Under the pieces are notes generated by a model, which worked only from the letters and a program-made list of their open reading frames with translations, ran no database searches and had not been told where the DNA came from. From Eledone cirrhosa (lineage: Eukaryota): a stretch of 64,000 nucleotides of DNA. Numbering within the stretch: the stretch's first letter is position 1; each line of letters starts with the position of its first letter. A program made the translations under genes and the position numbers. The stretch is taken from assembly GCA_964016885.1 (NCBI GenBank), contig OZ024743.1, forward strand, positions 149,296,001-149,360,000, in the 5' to 3' direction. Shown here piece after piece: positions 1 through 13,400 of the stretch.

Positions 1-5
1 ATACT

Positions 6-40
<35 letters not shown>

Positions 41-46
41 TTATTT

Positions 47-127
<81 letters not shown>
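1..127. repeat. (TA)n microsatellite, representative of dozens of such tracts across the window
   Basis: Near-pure TA dinucleotide run; tracts like this generate the poly-IY ORFs in the track. Confidence 0.99.
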
Positions 128-131
<4 letters not shown>

Positions 132-524
132 AGTGTATGAACATACATATGCACACACATATATACCTGCTCACATTCCTAAATTCATACACATATATAG
201 ATGCATGCACATACTTGTGTACATACACATATACATATATACATAAATAGAAAGATATATAAAATTGATGCCACACATCACGCAGACACACAGACACAAG
301 CACAAAAGACGGCAAGCAGCATGCAAAGATGTATAATGACAGACACACAGACACAATATCATCAGAGGTAAAATTTCACTCACACCTCTGTTCTCATCAC
401 ATTTCTTTCTATCACTTTCACCCTCTTTTTCCATCAGTCCCTCAATCTGCCCATTTATCTATTTATCTATCTATCTCTGTATATATATATATATCTACCT
501 GTCTGTTTATATAATCACCAGCCC

Positions 525-602
<78 letters not shown>

Positions 603-605
<3 letters not shown>

Positions 606-747
606 ACAAAGGATGTGTGGTAAGGAGCTATATGGACCATAACGCACCAGAGTACTCAATACTTAGGTTAGTAGAATGGGTAATAGGAAAATGTTTAACC
701 CCGTCGAAACGGCTTGAGCTCTGCCGTCGGTGTTAAACATTTTCCCA
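603..747 (-). mobile_element. Family-A short Penelope-like terminal element with fold-back end
   Basis: Reverse complement of the 1401-1541 element, plus an inverted segment gaaacggcttgagctctgccgtcgg; flanked by (TA)n. Confidence 0.7.
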
Positions 748-755
748 TATATATA

Positions 756-794
<39 letters not shown>

Positions 795-1281
795 GCATAT
801 ATATATATATTTATATGTATATGTATATACATGCATATATATATATTTATATGTATATATATATATATATATGTACATATATATATATACATCTATATAT
901 ATGTGTGTGCATGTGTGTGCATATGTGTATATATACATTAAATGTATATATATATATATATATCAGTATTAATCTTCCGTCTCTTTTTGCCTTCATACAC
1001 TGTCTCACTATTTCTCTTTGCATCTATCACTTCACCTTCACACACAAACATACAGTGAGTGTAATGGAAACCATTAATTTGCTACTTGGGTCATTTCACT
1101 TACACATCTTCTTGACACAAACACATACATACACACACGTGCATACATGTACACATGTATTTATAGCTATATACATTTACATATATACATATGGGAAACA
1201 TTCCTATACGTCATATGCACATTTATACATATACACACAGAGACAACACAAACATACACAGCCATAAACACACACAAACAC

Positions 1282-1314
<33 letters not shown>

Positions 1315-1352
1315 AATCATTTGAAGTCATGTATATGAAAATACACACACAC

Positions 1353-1400
<48 letters not shown>

Positions 1401-1402
<2 letters not shown>

Positions 1403-1539
1403 GTCCAGAATTAGCCGTCGAAACGGCTTGAGCTCAGCCGTCGGGGTCTTACTGGTTCCTATTACCCACTCTACTACCCTAAGTATTGAGTACTTTGGTG
1501 CGTTATGGTCCACCTGGTTCCTTACCACATTTCCTTTGT

Positions 1540-1541
<2 letters not shown>
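1401..1541 (+). mobile_element. Family-A short Penelope-like terminal element carrying the 3' half of a hammerhead
   Basis: GAAAC-ggct-tgagctc-agcc-GTC-gggg followed by a conserved tail; related copies at 603, 10058, 10505, 16353, 25253, 33343; inside (TA)n. Confidence 0.7.
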
Positions 1542-1608
<67 letters not shown>

Positions 1609-1990
1609 CTACATATGTAAAGGTATAAAAGCATCCATGTAACACATGCATACAATGCTTCATAAGTCCATATATACATACGCACACACACACAAACACA
1701 TACACATATATGTACATATATGTAGCTGTCTGTGACCAGGGGCATTTTACACAATTTATTCAAATATTACTTATGGTTAACAAGTAATATCCTAGTTATT
1801 TGCACTGTGGTGATTGTATTTTAAAATTATAAAATCTATAAGTATGCAATGATTTATACAAACACATGATCCTATTATATATATATATGTATATGTATAT
1901 GTATATGTATATATTATATGTATGTATATGTATGTATATGTATGTATATGTGTGTGTGTGTATATATGTATGTGTATATGTATATATATG

Positions 1991-2039
<49 letters not shown>

Positions 2040-2046
2040 GTATATA

Positions 2047-2091
<45 letters not shown>

Positions 2092-2100
<9 letters not shown>

Positions 2101-2639
2101 TAAACAAATAATGAACAAACAATTCCTTATATTAAACAAAAAAAGTTCACTATTTAACGATCGTTTCTAGGGCATATATGTGTTATAATTGGTATGCATA
2201 TTTAACAGATCTATGTACAAAATTATACAAAATTATACAAATTATCAAGATTAAATATACATACCTAACTCATATATACGCCGTCTTCAGAAATAATGAA
2301 TAATTATTTCTGAAGACGGCGTATATATGAGTTAGGTATGTATATTTAATCTTGATAATTTGTATAATTTTGTATAATTTTGTACATAGATCTGTTAAAT
2401 ATGCATACCAATTATAACACATATATGCCCTAGAAACGATCGTTAAATAGTGAACTTTTTTTGTTTAATATAAGGAATTGTTTGTTCATTATTTGTTTAA
2501 TATTTTATCTTGACTCTGTATACCGTTTATCTTTCACCGAAAGTGGATTTTCATTACATCTCTTCTTTCCATGATATCCGGAATACATTGAGTTCTTCAT
2601 ACGGATTGGACACTACCGTAAACTCTTGGTAGATTTATC

Positions 2640-2642
<3 letters not shown>
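2092..2642 (+). mobile_element. Fold-back Penelope-like element with a 206-bp perfect inverted repeat
   Basis: Arms 2092-2297 and 2303-2508, 5-nt spacer, unique 3' extension to about 2642; (TA)n on both sides. Confidence 0.75.
2305..2449 (+). ncRNA. Hammerhead ribozyme motif with enlarged stem II (mirror copy 2151-2295 on minus)
   Basis: tattt-CTGAAGA-cggcgtatat...atatgccc-ta-GAAAC-gatc-GTT-aaata; palindromic GATC loop III. Confidence 0.6.
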
Positions 2643-2679
<37 letters not shown>

Positions 2680-2963
2680 ATAAGGGAAAAGCGGACGTAA
2701 AATGATGCTGATGATGATGATATATATAGTCTAAGTAAATGACAAAACAGAGGTACAAAAAGTCTTATTATTTTAATTCATTACATTGAAAAGGGGAAAG
2801 AAAGTTTGGCATGTCATATATATTTAGCTATCTTAAATGATAGATCTATCTTATATGATTTTTATGTAAAACCCCCACTGCCAGGTCCTGTAATGTCCCA
2901 TTTAGTGTACGCACTTTTGGCAACTAAAGAAAGATATCTCTCTCTCTCTATATATATATATAA

Positions 2964-3058
<95 letters not shown>

Positions 3059-3066
3059 TATATATG

Positions 3067-3102
<36 letters not shown>

Positions 3103-3103
3103 G

Positions 3104-3284
<181 letters not shown>

Positions 3285-3424
3285 TAAAATAAAGTAAAAC
3301 TGGAATCATATGATTCCAGTTCCTCAGTGAAATAACAACCCAACCAGGAACTGGGCATATCAGAGTATTGACAAAATTATACACCCCAACAACATATGTA
3401 CTTGTCTATACCACACTAATTAGA

Positions 3425-3479
3425 ACTGCCTGAAGAGGTCACAGCCAAAGATGGCTGTCACCGAAATATATATAGCAGT
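3425..3479 (+). ncRNA. Minimal type I hammerhead ribozyme within a Penelope-like terminal fragment (about 3290-3626)
   Basis: actgc-CTGAAGA-ggtcacagcca/aaga/tggctgtcacc-GAAA-t-atat-a-TA-gcagt, AATAAA immediately after. Confidence 0.85.
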
Positions 3480-3651
3480 AATAAACGAAGCTAAATTTTA
3501 AACATTTGACTTTTTATTTTACTTATTTTACATTACTCCGGAGTAACCAAACCAACCTGCGCACTTCGTCGAGTGCTCCAGCCTGCATACTAAGGTGTTG
3601 GTATACAACCAACATATAGTCAAAATCTCTCTCTCTATATATATATAAATA

Positions 3652-3835
<184 letters not shown>

Positions 3836-3837
3836 CA

Positions 3838-4211
3838 CAGTCAGTAGGCATCTCTAACAAAATACACCCCCGTCCCACCACCCCCACCCCATCCACACCG
3901 CCCCCTTCTATGTAAAGTTATGTTGGTGCCACACCATCCAGGCCGAAACAAATGAGATCGTGTAGGTGTCACGACAAAAAAACACACAGTCCACGCTGTA
4001 ATGTGGCCGTGTAGGCAACACGGTAAAAACCTCCCAGACCCACACTATAAATGTGGTTGGTGTTAGGAAGGGCATCCAACTGTAGAAAACCTGCCAGACA
4101 GTCCTATGCGAGCAAGACAATCACTCTTGCCTCAAGTGGGAAAACCCCCGTCCAAACCCATGCAAGCGTGGAACACAGACGTTAAACGATGATGATGATG
4201 ATGATGATGAT
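3838..4211 (+). mobile_element. 3' UTR fragment of RTE LINE (extended-tail family), (GAT)n tail
   Basis: Near-identical to the sequence following the RT ORF stop at 27130-27490. Confidence 0.9.
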
Positions 4212-4311
4212 ATATATACATATATATATATATATATATTTACATATATATATATCTATATATATACACACATATATATATATATATATACACATATATA
4301 TATATACACAC

Positions 4312-4398
<87 letters not shown>

Positions 4399-4410
4399 TA
4401 TATATATATA

Positions 4411-4513
4411 TATAAACGTTTGTATTTGTAAAGCCAAAACAATGCAGGTATAGTTATAGATATCTATATCCATACCTGCATTGTTTTGGCTTTACAAATA
4501 CAAAACGTTTATA
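4411..4513. repeat. About 100-bp fold-back palindrome next to (TA)n
   Basis: tataaacgtttgtatttgtaaagccaaaacaatgcaggtat...atacctgcattgttttggctttacaaatacaaaacgtttata, centre tagatatcta. Confidence 0.9.
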
Positions 4514-5581
4514 CCTCATTACACAATGCTTCAAGTGAACTATAACTTCATATATATATATATATATATGTATCCTGAAAAGAACATTTTGGGGTGGGAA
4601 ACTCTTTGATTTTTCTTATGAACTTTCAATGTTTATTTTATGTTTCGCCATCATAACTATAATCCTCAGTTAAATATGTATAACTAAATTTTAAATAAAT
4701 CTGAATCAACTGAATATGGCTTCCGACCTTTTATTAATATATATACATATATACATATATATATATATTTTTTTTTTAAACGGTAGAATTAATTTTTTTG
4801 CACGGTAGAATTAATTAATAATTATTAATAATGTTATATTGTGGTGCAATGGCCATACTCAATGACGAGGGGGCAACCATCATATATATATATATATATA
4901 TAAACACATCTCTGTGCCCTTGCAATTACTTATTTGTTCATCTATATGTTTATCAGTCTAATATGTATCATTCTACATGTGATTTACCATATTATTATAA
5001 GTATATATCAATCTACACATCCATAAATATATAGGAATGTACGAATATCACTGACTGTATATTTCTCTGTAGATGTCTCAATAAATTAAATAGGTGTATA
5101 TATTTGTGAATAAAGGCATGTGAGAATATACATCAGTATTTATGTATATAACACTCTCCCCTCTATTAATTACTAGATATACATATCTCTCTGTCTCTCT
5201 CTACATATATATGAGTATATGTATTATAGATCAATATGTATATATATAGATCTATATATATATGAGCATATATATATATGTGTGTGTGTATATATATATA
5301 GATATATACAAATATATAGATATGTATATCACCTCAAATTATCTCTATCATTCCATGTCTATTTTCCATGCTTGTATGGGTTTGACAGGCTGTTGTCATG
5401 TTCTTATGCATCACCAGTCAGGTGAATTTATCCTGCCCATATATCCTATTATGTTTTGGTCTTTATAACTAGATGCCCTACTTAATGTCAACCTTTTTAC
5501 AGCTTGTACTGTAAGAAATATATTGTGACTCCAGCATTTCCACATCATAGTGAGTATATATGTGTGTATATATATATATAT

Positions 5582-5919
5582 GGAGGCACATGGCTTAGTG
5601 GTTAGAGCATTGGCCTTGCAATCGAAAGGTTGTGACTTCAATTCTCAGACCGGGTGATGTGTTGTTTCCTTGAGCAAAACACTTTATTTCACATTGCTCC
5701 AGTTTACTCAGCTGTAGAAATGAGATGATAGGGGTCCATATCATTCCACTGCAAAGTGGTCGTGGAGGTGCCACGGCAAAAATGCACCCAGCACTCACTG
5801 TAAATGAGGTTGGTGTTAGGAAGGGCATCCAGATGTAGAAATCAAGCCAGAATCAATTCCCGAACCACCCTTGCAAGCAGGGAAAAAGCGGACGTAAAAT
5901 GAAATGATGATGGTGATGA

Positions 5920-5923
<4 letters not shown>
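5582..5923 (+). mobile_element. tRNA-derived SINE (CORE-like centre, RTE-type 3' tail), family S1
   Basis: A box TGGCTTAGTGG, degenerate B box, ccttgagcaa..cactt core, tail ...ggacgtaaaatg(gat)n shared with the RTE at 57100-57170. Confidence 0.9.
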
Positions 5924-5949
<26 letters not shown>

Positions 5950-5953
<4 letters not shown>

Positions 5954-6138
5954 GTTTCTACTTTAGGTACAAGGCCAGCAATTACCGAGTACATTACTGG
6001 TACTTTATTTTATCGACCCCGTAAGGATGAAAGGCAAAGTTAACCTTGGTGGGATTTGAACTCAGAATGTAAAGGGACGTAACTATGCTAGAAAGCATGG
6101 CGTCCAACCCTCTACCGATACTGCCAATTCACCGCCCT
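5950..6138 (-). mobile_element. tRNA-derived SINE with Nin-like domain, family S2
   Basis: B box gagttcaaatcc, ttgcctttcatccttacggggtcgataaaataaagtaccag on minus; many copies in the window. Confidence 0.85.
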
Positions 6139-6296
6139 TTATATATATATGTATAATAGTTTTAAATCATATAAATAGGTAAGAGGTAGATAACTAAATA
6201 TAGAAATGTATATATGCACATATATATTCATATTAATGTATATACATGTGTGTGTATATATATGTGTGTGTGTGTTATATGTATATATATTTATAT

Positions 6297-6358
<62 letters not shown>

Positions 6359-6399
6359 ATATATATATATACAGTACTCAAGGTAATATATGTATGTGT

Positions 6400-6737
6400 G
6401 TGAGTGGCAAGTGTGTGTTTGTATGCATGAGTGTTGGTATGTGAGTGGTGTGTGTGTTTGTATGCATGAGTGTTGGTGTGTGAGTGAGTGTGTGTGTGAG
6501 AGTGTGCCGTGAGTGTCAATAAGTGGTGTCTTTTTTTGTTTTTTTTTGTTTTTTTATGACCATGCTGTAAAATAGAGGGGTAGAGAAGGCCCATGAGTCC
6601 AGTAAGACATCCTCTCTAGTGCTGGTGGTACAAATAAAAGCACTCAGTCCATGCTGTACAGTGGCACTTGTGTTAGGAAGGGCATCCAACCAGTGTATCA
6701 ATGCCAAAACAATTATTATGACCACAGCAACAAATAT
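6400..6737 (+). mobile_element. Isolated copy of the 5' region of the RTE LINE at 54.2-54.5 kb
   Basis: Aligns by eye to about 54220-54500, including the upstream (GT)-rich segment. Confidence 0.8.
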
Positions 6738-6750
6738 ATGTATGTACATG

Positions 6751-6788
<38 letters not shown>

Positions 6789-6977
6789 TGTGAACCATGT
6801 GTATTCTGGTTTGTAGAAAAAGTATACCAATTTGACTGCATGTCATAAGATTTCATAGATATAGATTATATCAAGAAGGGTATTAGTCCCTAAAACAGAT
6901 TAGTCCCTAAATCCCTTCCACTCATGCCAGCATGAAGAGGAGGCCGTGAAAACGATGATGATGTTGATTGTGATAAT

Positions 6978-7097
6978 AATTGTTTCTACTTTTGGCACAA
7001 GGCCAGCAATTATCCCAGTGCATTACTGGTACTTTATTTTATCGACCCCGTAAGGATGAAAGGCAAAGTTAACCTCGGCGGGATTTGAACTCAGAAT
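6978..7097 (-). mobile_element. SINE family S2, 5'-truncated
   Basis: Same Nin-like domain and B box as 5950-6138. Confidence 0.85.
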
Positions 7098-7137
7098 TGT
7101 GATAATAATGATGATGATATTGTTGATGAGGTTGGTG

Positions 7138-7175
<38 letters not shown>

Positions 7176-7185
7176 GAGGATGTGC

Positions 7186-7219
<34 letters not shown>

Positions 7220-7617
7220 CCATGATAATGGTGATGACAATGACAATGATGACAATGCTAGCGGTGCATGGAGGGGGCAATGTTGGTGGTGGTGATGATG
7301 GTTAACGATTTTTATATATATTCTATATGTGTATACATTCATACATGAACCCCATATAAAATATTTCAGTGCTTTGTTGACAAAGGAGTAAAGACTTATC
7401 ACTAAATGTGAAGTCATTTTACTGGAATGTAATGTAGGCTATATTTATACACACACACACATCTGTATGTGTTTGTGTGCATGTAAACAATAATATATAC
7501 ATCTACGTACATGACCTGTGTGAGGGGAAAATAATTCCTAGAAGACTTTCATTAGTACCTATGTGTTCATATGTGTATATATATGTGTGTGTGTGTGTGT
7601 ATGGATATAAAATGATG

Positions 7618-7660
<43 letters not shown>

Positions 7661-7709
7661 AAATATTTATATGTATATTTATATAAATTTATATATTTAT
7701 GGAAATTTA

Positions 7710-7746
<37 letters not shown>

Positions 7747-7844
7747 TTCCATATATAAATAAATGAATATATATATAAATTTATATAAATATACATATAA
7801 ATATACATATAAATATTTACATATATACATATATATATATTTAC

Positions 7845-7957
<113 letters not shown>

Positions 7958-7958
7958 C

Positions 7959-8354
7959 ATCATCATCATCATCATCATCAACGTTTAACGTCCGTGTTCC
8001 ACGCTTGCATGGGTTTGGACGGGGGTAGTCCCACTTGAGGCAAGAGTGGTTGTCTTGCTCGCATAGGACTGTCTGGCAGGTTTTCTACAGTTGGATGCCC
8101 TTCCTAACACCAACCACATTTACAGTGTGGGTCTGGGAGGTTTTTACCGTGTTGCCTACACGGCCACATTACAGCGTGGACTGTGTGTTTTTTTGTCATG
8201 ACACCTACACGATCTCATTTGTTTCGGCCTGGATGGCGCGGCACCAACATAACTTTACATAGAACGGGGTGGTGTGGATGGGGTGGGGGTGGTGGCGGGA
8301 CGGGGTGTATTTTGTTAGAGATGCCTACTGGCAAGGCGGGTCTTCTCTGTTACT
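7959..8354 (-). mobile_element. RTE LINE 3' end fragment (extended-tail family)
   Basis: Matches 27130-27530. Confidence 0.9.
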
Positions 8355-8404
8355 TATATATATATGTGTGTGTGTCTGCGTGTGTTTATGGATATGAAAT
8401 TATG

Positions 8405-8454
<50 letters not shown>

Positions 8455-8457
<3 letters not shown>

Positions 8458-8537
8458 ATAATAATAAATTTGAAGACTAAAATCCAAAGAGGGCTCAATA
8501 AGGATAAATATATATCAAATATATAAGAACCATAGAG

Positions 8538-8542
<5 letters not shown>
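8455..8542 (-). mobile_element. 3' tip of the CAGAAGA-hammerhead element family
   Basis: Reverse complement of about 15290-15379; embedded in (TA)n. Confidence 0.75.
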
Positions 8543-8589
<47 letters not shown>

Positions 8590-8601
8590 CATAATTTATA
8601 T

Positions 8602-8647
<46 letters not shown>

Positions 8648-8704
8648 ATACATATATATATACATACATAATTTTATATCCATAAACACATGCAGACACA
8701 CACA

Positions 8705-8754
<50 letters not shown>

Positions 8755-9024
8755 CATATGAACACATAGGTAGTAATGAAAGCCTTCTAGGCATTATTTT
8801 TCCCTCACACAGGGCATATACATAGATGTATATATTATAGTTTATATATATATATATATTTGTGTGTATGTGTGTGTGTAGTGAGAGAAAGAGATATAGA
8901 TAGATGAATGGATAAAACGATTAGTCAGATCATTGTTTAACAAGGCAGTTGATATTTTAAGTTGAGTATAGATAGTTAGTATTCATTATATATAAGTATA
9001 GATAGTATTCATTATATATAATGG

Positions 9025-9350
9025 TCTGAGTTCAAATCCTGCTGAGGTTAACTTTGCCTTTCATCCTTACGGAGTCAATAAAATAAAGTACCAGTAATGT
9101 ACTGGATAATTGCTGGCCTTGTGCCAAAAGTGGAAACAACTATATATAATAAAGAAAGGGCGGTGGATTGGCAGTATCGGTAGAGGGTCGGACGTCATGG
9201 TTTGACGCATAGAGTTACGGCCCTTTCTATTCTGAGTTCAAATCCCGCCGAGGTCAACTTTGCCTTTCATCCTTACGGGGGGTCTATAAAATAAAGTACC
9301 TGTAATGTACTGGGTAATTGCTGGCCCTGTGCCAAAAGTAGAAACAATTA
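9025..9350 (+). mobile_element. Two tandem S2 SINE copies (9025-9140 truncated, 9155-9350 full)
   Basis: tRNA-like head, gagttcaaatcc B box, Nin-like domain, ccaaaagtagaaacaat end. Confidence 0.85.
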
Positions 9351-9975
9351 TATATAATAAAGAAAAGATGTACACATGAATGTATACACCAAATATAGAT
9401 ATATGTGTTAGAATGCAGTATTAAATGTCGATATGGATGTATACACATGAGAATGTATAGAGCATGGTTCTTATACTTTTAAATATATGCTCTAAGCACT
9501 AGCAGTCAGTTATAAAAAAAAAAAAATTGTATACATTTTTATTAATATGCAAATAATTATTTACATATGGAAGAATCTACTAATATTTCTCTCTATCTAT
9601 TCAACTAAAGTTTTATTTATTTCATTATACTTCAACCTTTGTCTCAATAATAGATTTTTGTATCATTCTCTATTTACATACTGAAATTTGTCCCCGATGA
9701 ATTAAGATAATCACCAAACAATATTTGAGGAAAGACACAGAAGTAAGAGGTATTTTATGAAGTGACTAATATTTAAACATTACACACACGCATGCAAATA
9801 CATACATATTTGTATATACTTACATATATATATGTGTGTATATGTTTATATATATATATATATGTATATGTATATCTTTAGATACATATATACATACATA
9901 CATATATATACATATATATATATATACATATATGTTTACATATATATATATACATACATCTATATACATATATAT

Positions 9976-10007
<32 letters not shown>

Positions 10008-10057
10008 GTGTCAAAATATATATATATGTAAGTAAACATAATTATATATATATATAT

Positions 10058-10285
10058 AATTTTTCCTATTACCCACTCTACTACCCTAAGTATTGAGTAC
10101 TCTGGTGCGTTATGGTCCACCTTGTTCCTTACCGCACTTCCTTCATTATTATATATATATATATACGAACTGAGTTCAAATCCCGCCGAGGTTAACTTTG
10201 CCTTTCATCCTTACATGGTCGATAAAATAAAGTACCAGTAATGTACTGGAATAATTGCTGGCCTTGTGCCAAAAGTAGAAACAAT

Positions 10286-10383
<98 letters not shown>

Positions 10384-10420
10384 CATATACATATACATAC
10401 ATATATATATATACATATAC

Positions 10421-10507
<87 letters not shown>

Positions 10508-10600
10508 ATAATGAAGGAAGTGTGGTAAGAAGCCAGGTGGACCGTAACGCACCAAAGTACTCAATACTTAGGGTAGTAGAGTGGGTAATAGGAAAAATTA
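10058..10600. mobile_element. Inverted pair of family-A 3' fragments (10058-10150 +, 10505-10600 -) around a truncated S2 SINE (10169-10286)
   Basis: cctattacccactctactaccctaagtattgagtac and its reverse complement; shared flank tgtaagtaaacataatt also inverted. Confidence 0.75.
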
Positions 10601-10672
10601 TATATATATAATTATGTTTACTTACATATATATATAATATATATTTCATATATATATATATACATATTTTTT

Positions 10673-10733
<61 letters not shown>

Positions 10734-10737
<4 letters not shown>

Positions 10738-10911
10738 GTTATTCCGGGTTGAATCGGAGGTAACCACAGTAAGTAAGGTACTCAATACATTGCAGAGTAT
10801 AAAAGTTTTAATATAGATGAGATTCTACAGGACTAGAACTGTTTCATTCTTTAGAAATCATCTAAAGAATGAAACAGTTCTAGTCCTGTAGAATCTCATC
10901 TATATTAAAAC

Positions 10912-10912
<1 letters not shown>
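10734..10912 (-). mobile_element. Fold-back Penelope-like element with a hammerhead truncated at its core
   Basis: 52-bp arms 10804-10855 and 10861-10912; minus strand reads GATGA-tttct/aa/agaat-GAAAC-agttcta-GTC-ctgtag. Confidence 0.7.
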
Positions 10913-10943
<31 letters not shown>

Positions 10944-11400
10944 ATATATATACAAGATAAATCATTCAAATTATATTGTTTTCAATTTTTTACTAATAGA
11001 ACTAGTTAAATTAAATACATGCATACATTCAACCATCCATACATACATGAATCCATCCATTTACCCATCCATCTATCTATACTTACATACATACATACAA
11101 ACAAAAATACACACATACATACATCTCAAACTTAATTATTTGACATATATCCTTTATTTCACCATATACACATCAGTGTGCATACACATATGTATATGTA
11201 TTTTCACTCACACACACATATTTAGATATGAATTGTTGTTTATTTAGATACTAATATTTTTATTACTAAGTCTACCTTATCTACATGCTTGCATGTAGAT
11301 ATGCATTATCTTTTCTTTACTGTATACAGTAATATGTACGGAAATAAATACCAAAATATATATACAGATATATGAATTGGGAGATATTTATTGTCCATGG

Positions 11401-12035
11401 ATCATCATCATCATCATCATCATCGTTTAACGTCCGTGTTCCACGCTTGCATGGGTTTGGACGGGATTTTCCCACTTGAGGCAAGAGTGATTGTCTTGCT
11501 CGCATAGGACTGTCTGGCGGGTTTTCTACAGCTGGATGCCCTTCCTAACACCAACCACATTTACAGTGTGGGGCTGGGAGGTTTTTACCGTGTTGCCTAC
11601 ACGGCCACATTACAGCATGGACTGTCTGGCAGGTTTTCTACAGCTGGATGCCCTTCCTAACACCAACCACATTCACAGTGTGGGGCTGGGAGGTTTTTAC
11701 CGTGTTGCCTACACGGCCACATGACAGCGTGGACTGTGTGTTTTTTTTGTCGTGACACCTACACGATCTCATTTGTTTCGGCCTGGATGTTGTGGCACCA
11801 ACATAACTTTACATTGAAAGGGGCGGTGTGGATGGGGTGGGGGTGGTGGGACGGGGGTGTATTTTGTTAGAGATGCCTACTGACTGTAGTAGGTTTTATT
11901 TTGTATTTAGGTAAGGCGGGTCTTCTCTATTACTGAGTACCGCCAAAGGTCTCGGTCCAGTGACATTGTCTTGGAGAGGTGTAAGTTTGTGAGGTCGGAA
12001 TTTATCAGCTCGTCCCAGCTTTTTCTGGGTCTGCC
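11401..12035 (-). mobile_element. RTE LINE 3' fragment with an internal tandem duplication of about 112 bp
   Basis: RT C-terminus (GRPRKSWDELINSD) plus extended 3' UTR; the ggactgtctggc...cacggccacat unit is repeated. Confidence 0.9.
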
Positions 12036-12061
12036 TATATATATATATATATATATAAATA

Positions 12062-12436
12062 TACAAGGATCGGAATTAGAGTTTTCTGCAGTTCACAGTA
12101 ATAATAATATTAGCTCAAAGAAGAACAGAGAATTTTCAACTGAGCTCAAATACAAATATATTACACAGAGAGAAGTGTGTTACACAGTGAGATGTGTGTA
12201 AAGAATTATTACATGTGAGTTTAACCGTTACTGTATGGAAAACAAAACCTACAGGTTGGCAATTAAATAGAAAGAACACTAAGTCAGAATCAAATCTCCG
12301 AAGTAGAGTTTTAAATTACCAACCTTATAACTATAAGGTGTTGTTTTCCATATAGTAACAGTTAAACTCACATGTAATAATTCTTTACACACATCCCACT
12401 GTGTAACACACTTCTCTCTGTGTAATATATTTGTAT
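12062..12436. mobile_element. Fold-back element in (TA)n, arms about 12151-12268 and 12311-12435
   Basis: tacaaatatattacacagagagaagtgtgttacacagtg... and its reverse complement; no clear ribozyme core. Confidence 0.65.
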
Positions 12437-12520
12437 ATATAAATATATATAGATAGATAGATAGATATGTGTGTGTGTATGCATATATATATGCATATAC
12501 ATATATATGTCCATATAGAT

Positions 12521-12770
12521 ATCATCATCATCATCATCATCAACGTTTAACGTCCGTGTTCCACGCTTGCATGGGTTTGGACGGGGGTAGTCCCACTTGA
12601 GGCAAGAGTGATTGTCTTGCTCGCATAGGACTGTCTGGCAGGTTTTCTACAGTTGGATGCCCTTCCTAACACCAACCACATTTACAGTGTGGGTCTGGGA
12701 GGTTTTTACCGTGTTGCCTACACGGCCACATTACAGCGTGGACTGTGTGTTTTTTTGTCGTGACACCTAC
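12521..12770 (-). mobile_element. RTE LINE 3' UTR fragment
   Basis: Matches 27130-27380. Confidence 0.9.
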
Positions 12771-12778
12771 ATATGTAC

Positions 12779-12810
<32 letters not shown>

Positions 12811-12845
12811 GTATATATATATATGTATATATATATGTATATAAA

Positions 12846-13240
12846 TCATCATCATCATCATCATCAGTTTACGTCCACTTTTCCCTCCCTGCTAGCAAGG
12901 GTGGGACGGGAACTGATTCTGGCTTGATTTCTACAGCTGGATGCCCTTCCTATCACCAACCTCATTTACAGTGAGTGCTGGGTGCTTATTTTCCGTGGTG
13001 CCTACATGTCATCTTATAGTTTGGGCTGGGTGCTTTTTTGCCGTGGCACCTCCACGTCCAATTTGCAGTGGAATGATAGGGACCCCAGTCCTATCATCTC
13101 ATTTCTACAGCTGAGTAAACTGGAGCAATGTGAAATAAAGTTTCTTGCTCAAGGATACAACACATTACCCAGTCTGAGAATTGAACTCACAACCTTTCAA
13201 TTGCAAGGCCAATGCTCTAACCAATAAGCCATGTGCCTCC
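12846..13240 (-). mobile_element. SINE family S1
   Basis: Full head-to-tail match to 43361-43710, with one extra internal unit. Confidence 0.9.
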
Positions 13241-13267
13241 ATAAATGTATATAAATATGTATAAATA

Positions 13268-13400
<133 letters not shown>

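Noticed and set aside
3908-4120. Recurrent 70-aa [21 protein letters not shown] (also 8035, 11491, 12612, 27224, 40621, 53132)
   Set aside because: Antisense to the RTE 3' UTR and starts at TTG; its recurrence reflects young repeat copies, not coding selection.
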